Shown here one piece after another: positions 41,129 through 41,879 of a stretch of DNA of 41,879 bases. The position numbers and the translations under genes are program-made. The DNA is from an uncultured Acidimicrobiaceae bacterium (GTDB lineage Bacteria; Actinomycetota; Acidimicrobiia; Acidimicrobiales; Bog-793): contig CAIMWD010000020.1 in NCBI GenBank assembly GCA_903845085.1, positions 1 through 41,879 of the forward strand, given 5' to 3'. Below the pieces are notes generated by a model. That model made no database searches. It was not told the DNA's origin and was given only the letters and a program-made list of their open reading frames with translations. Every line of letters begins with the position of its first letter. Positions within the stretch are counted from its first letter, which is position 1.

Positions 41129-41879
41129 ATGAGCATGCATAACGTCGAGGTAACCACCTCGATCTCCTCTCAGAAGACTGGGCTGCGAAAGCTCGCCCAG
41201 CGCGCGATTGTCTATCTGTCGACCGCGACCGCGGTGGTCCCCTTCCTTGGATTGCTCGCGATGGTGGTCATCCTCCTCGTCGAGGCGATCCCTGCCGTGC
41301 GCTACAACGGCTTCTCGTTCTTCACCTCCTCACTATGGTCACCGGGCAACTTCTATGGCACCCCGATACATGATCACGGCGTAGCCCATCTCCCCGGGGC
41401 TCACTTTGGCGCCTGGACCCTTATCGCAGGGACCCTCGAGTCCTCGTTGATTGCGATCATCGTTGGTCTTCCCATCGCGATCGGTGCCGCGGTTCTGCTC
41501 GTCGAGAAGCTCCACCACCGCCTCGCTGCAGGTATAGGTCTCTGTCTGGAGATTCTCGCGGGAGTTCCCAGCGCCGTGATCGGACTCTGGGGCATTATCA
41601 GTTTTGGCCCCTTTCTTGCAAAGCACGTCTATCCGATCCTTGAGAAGATGCCGAATGTTCCCGTGTTGAATTTTTTTCACGGATCCACGGGAACGGTGAG
41701 TGCGACCGGTCAGGGTCTTTTGACCGGCGGACTTGTATTGGCGGCGATGATCATTCCTTTGATCGCCTCGACCGCGCGTGACCTACTTCGCCAGGTTCCC
41801 ACCCTGACTAAAGAGGGCGCAGAGGCATTGGGGCTCACCTCAACGGAGTCCTTTATGACCGTGCAGGCTCGGTGGGCTC
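41129..41879 (+). CDS. pstC: Phosphate ABC transporter permease, truncated by the window edge
   Basis: Translated by hand from ATG 41129: FGAWTLIAGTLESSLIA...LEILAGVPSAVIGLWG...GLVLAAMIIP...EGAEALG. Confidence 0.92.
   Translation, partial: MSMHNVEVTTSISSQKTGLRKLAQRAIVYLSTATAVVPFLGLLAMVVILLVEAIPAVRYNGFSFFTSSLWSPGNFYGTPIHDHGVAHLPGAHFGAWTLIAGTLESSLIAIIVGLPIAIGAAVLLVEKLHHRLAAGIGLCLEILAGVPSAVIGLWGIISFGPFLAKHVYPILEKMPNVPVLNFFHGSTGTVSATGQGLLTGGLVLAAMIIPLIASTARDLLRQVPTLTKEGAEALGLTSTESFMTVQARWA

Overview
GC-rich actinobacterial chromosomal segment, most likely class Acidimicrobiia (inferred from a secreted protein with 'GYW..A.DG.V..FG' repeats and from the gene content). From left to right: a decayed large serine recombinase carrying a tRNA-3'-like att sequence; furA-katG divergent from recC-recB-recD; a tandem MmgE/PrpD pair and an Ig/repeat surface protein; a PHP phosphoesterase, purF and a SAM methyltransferase; tRNA-Phe and tRNA-Asp separated from tRNA-Glu by a 6.6 kb accessory block (NfeD-like, 2-hydroxyacid dehydrogenase, GT-C-like and GT87 glycosyltransferases, VOC protein, orphan adenine DNA methyltransferase); a minus-strand run senX3-regX3-ABC ATPase-permease-ctaA-clpS-DUF2017-(S51 hydrolase fused to a CysRS-type anticodon-binding domain); a four-gene VirB2/VirB6/PrgI/VirB4-like module with no relaxase, coupling protein or integrase; and pstB-pstS-pstC(partial) behind phased PHO-box-like repeats. 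The two best candidates for undescribed systems are the stand-alone conjugation-derived module inside the phosphate locus and the ClpS-linked hydrolase with a tRNA-binding domain. All calls come from reading motifs by eye; no database searches were run.
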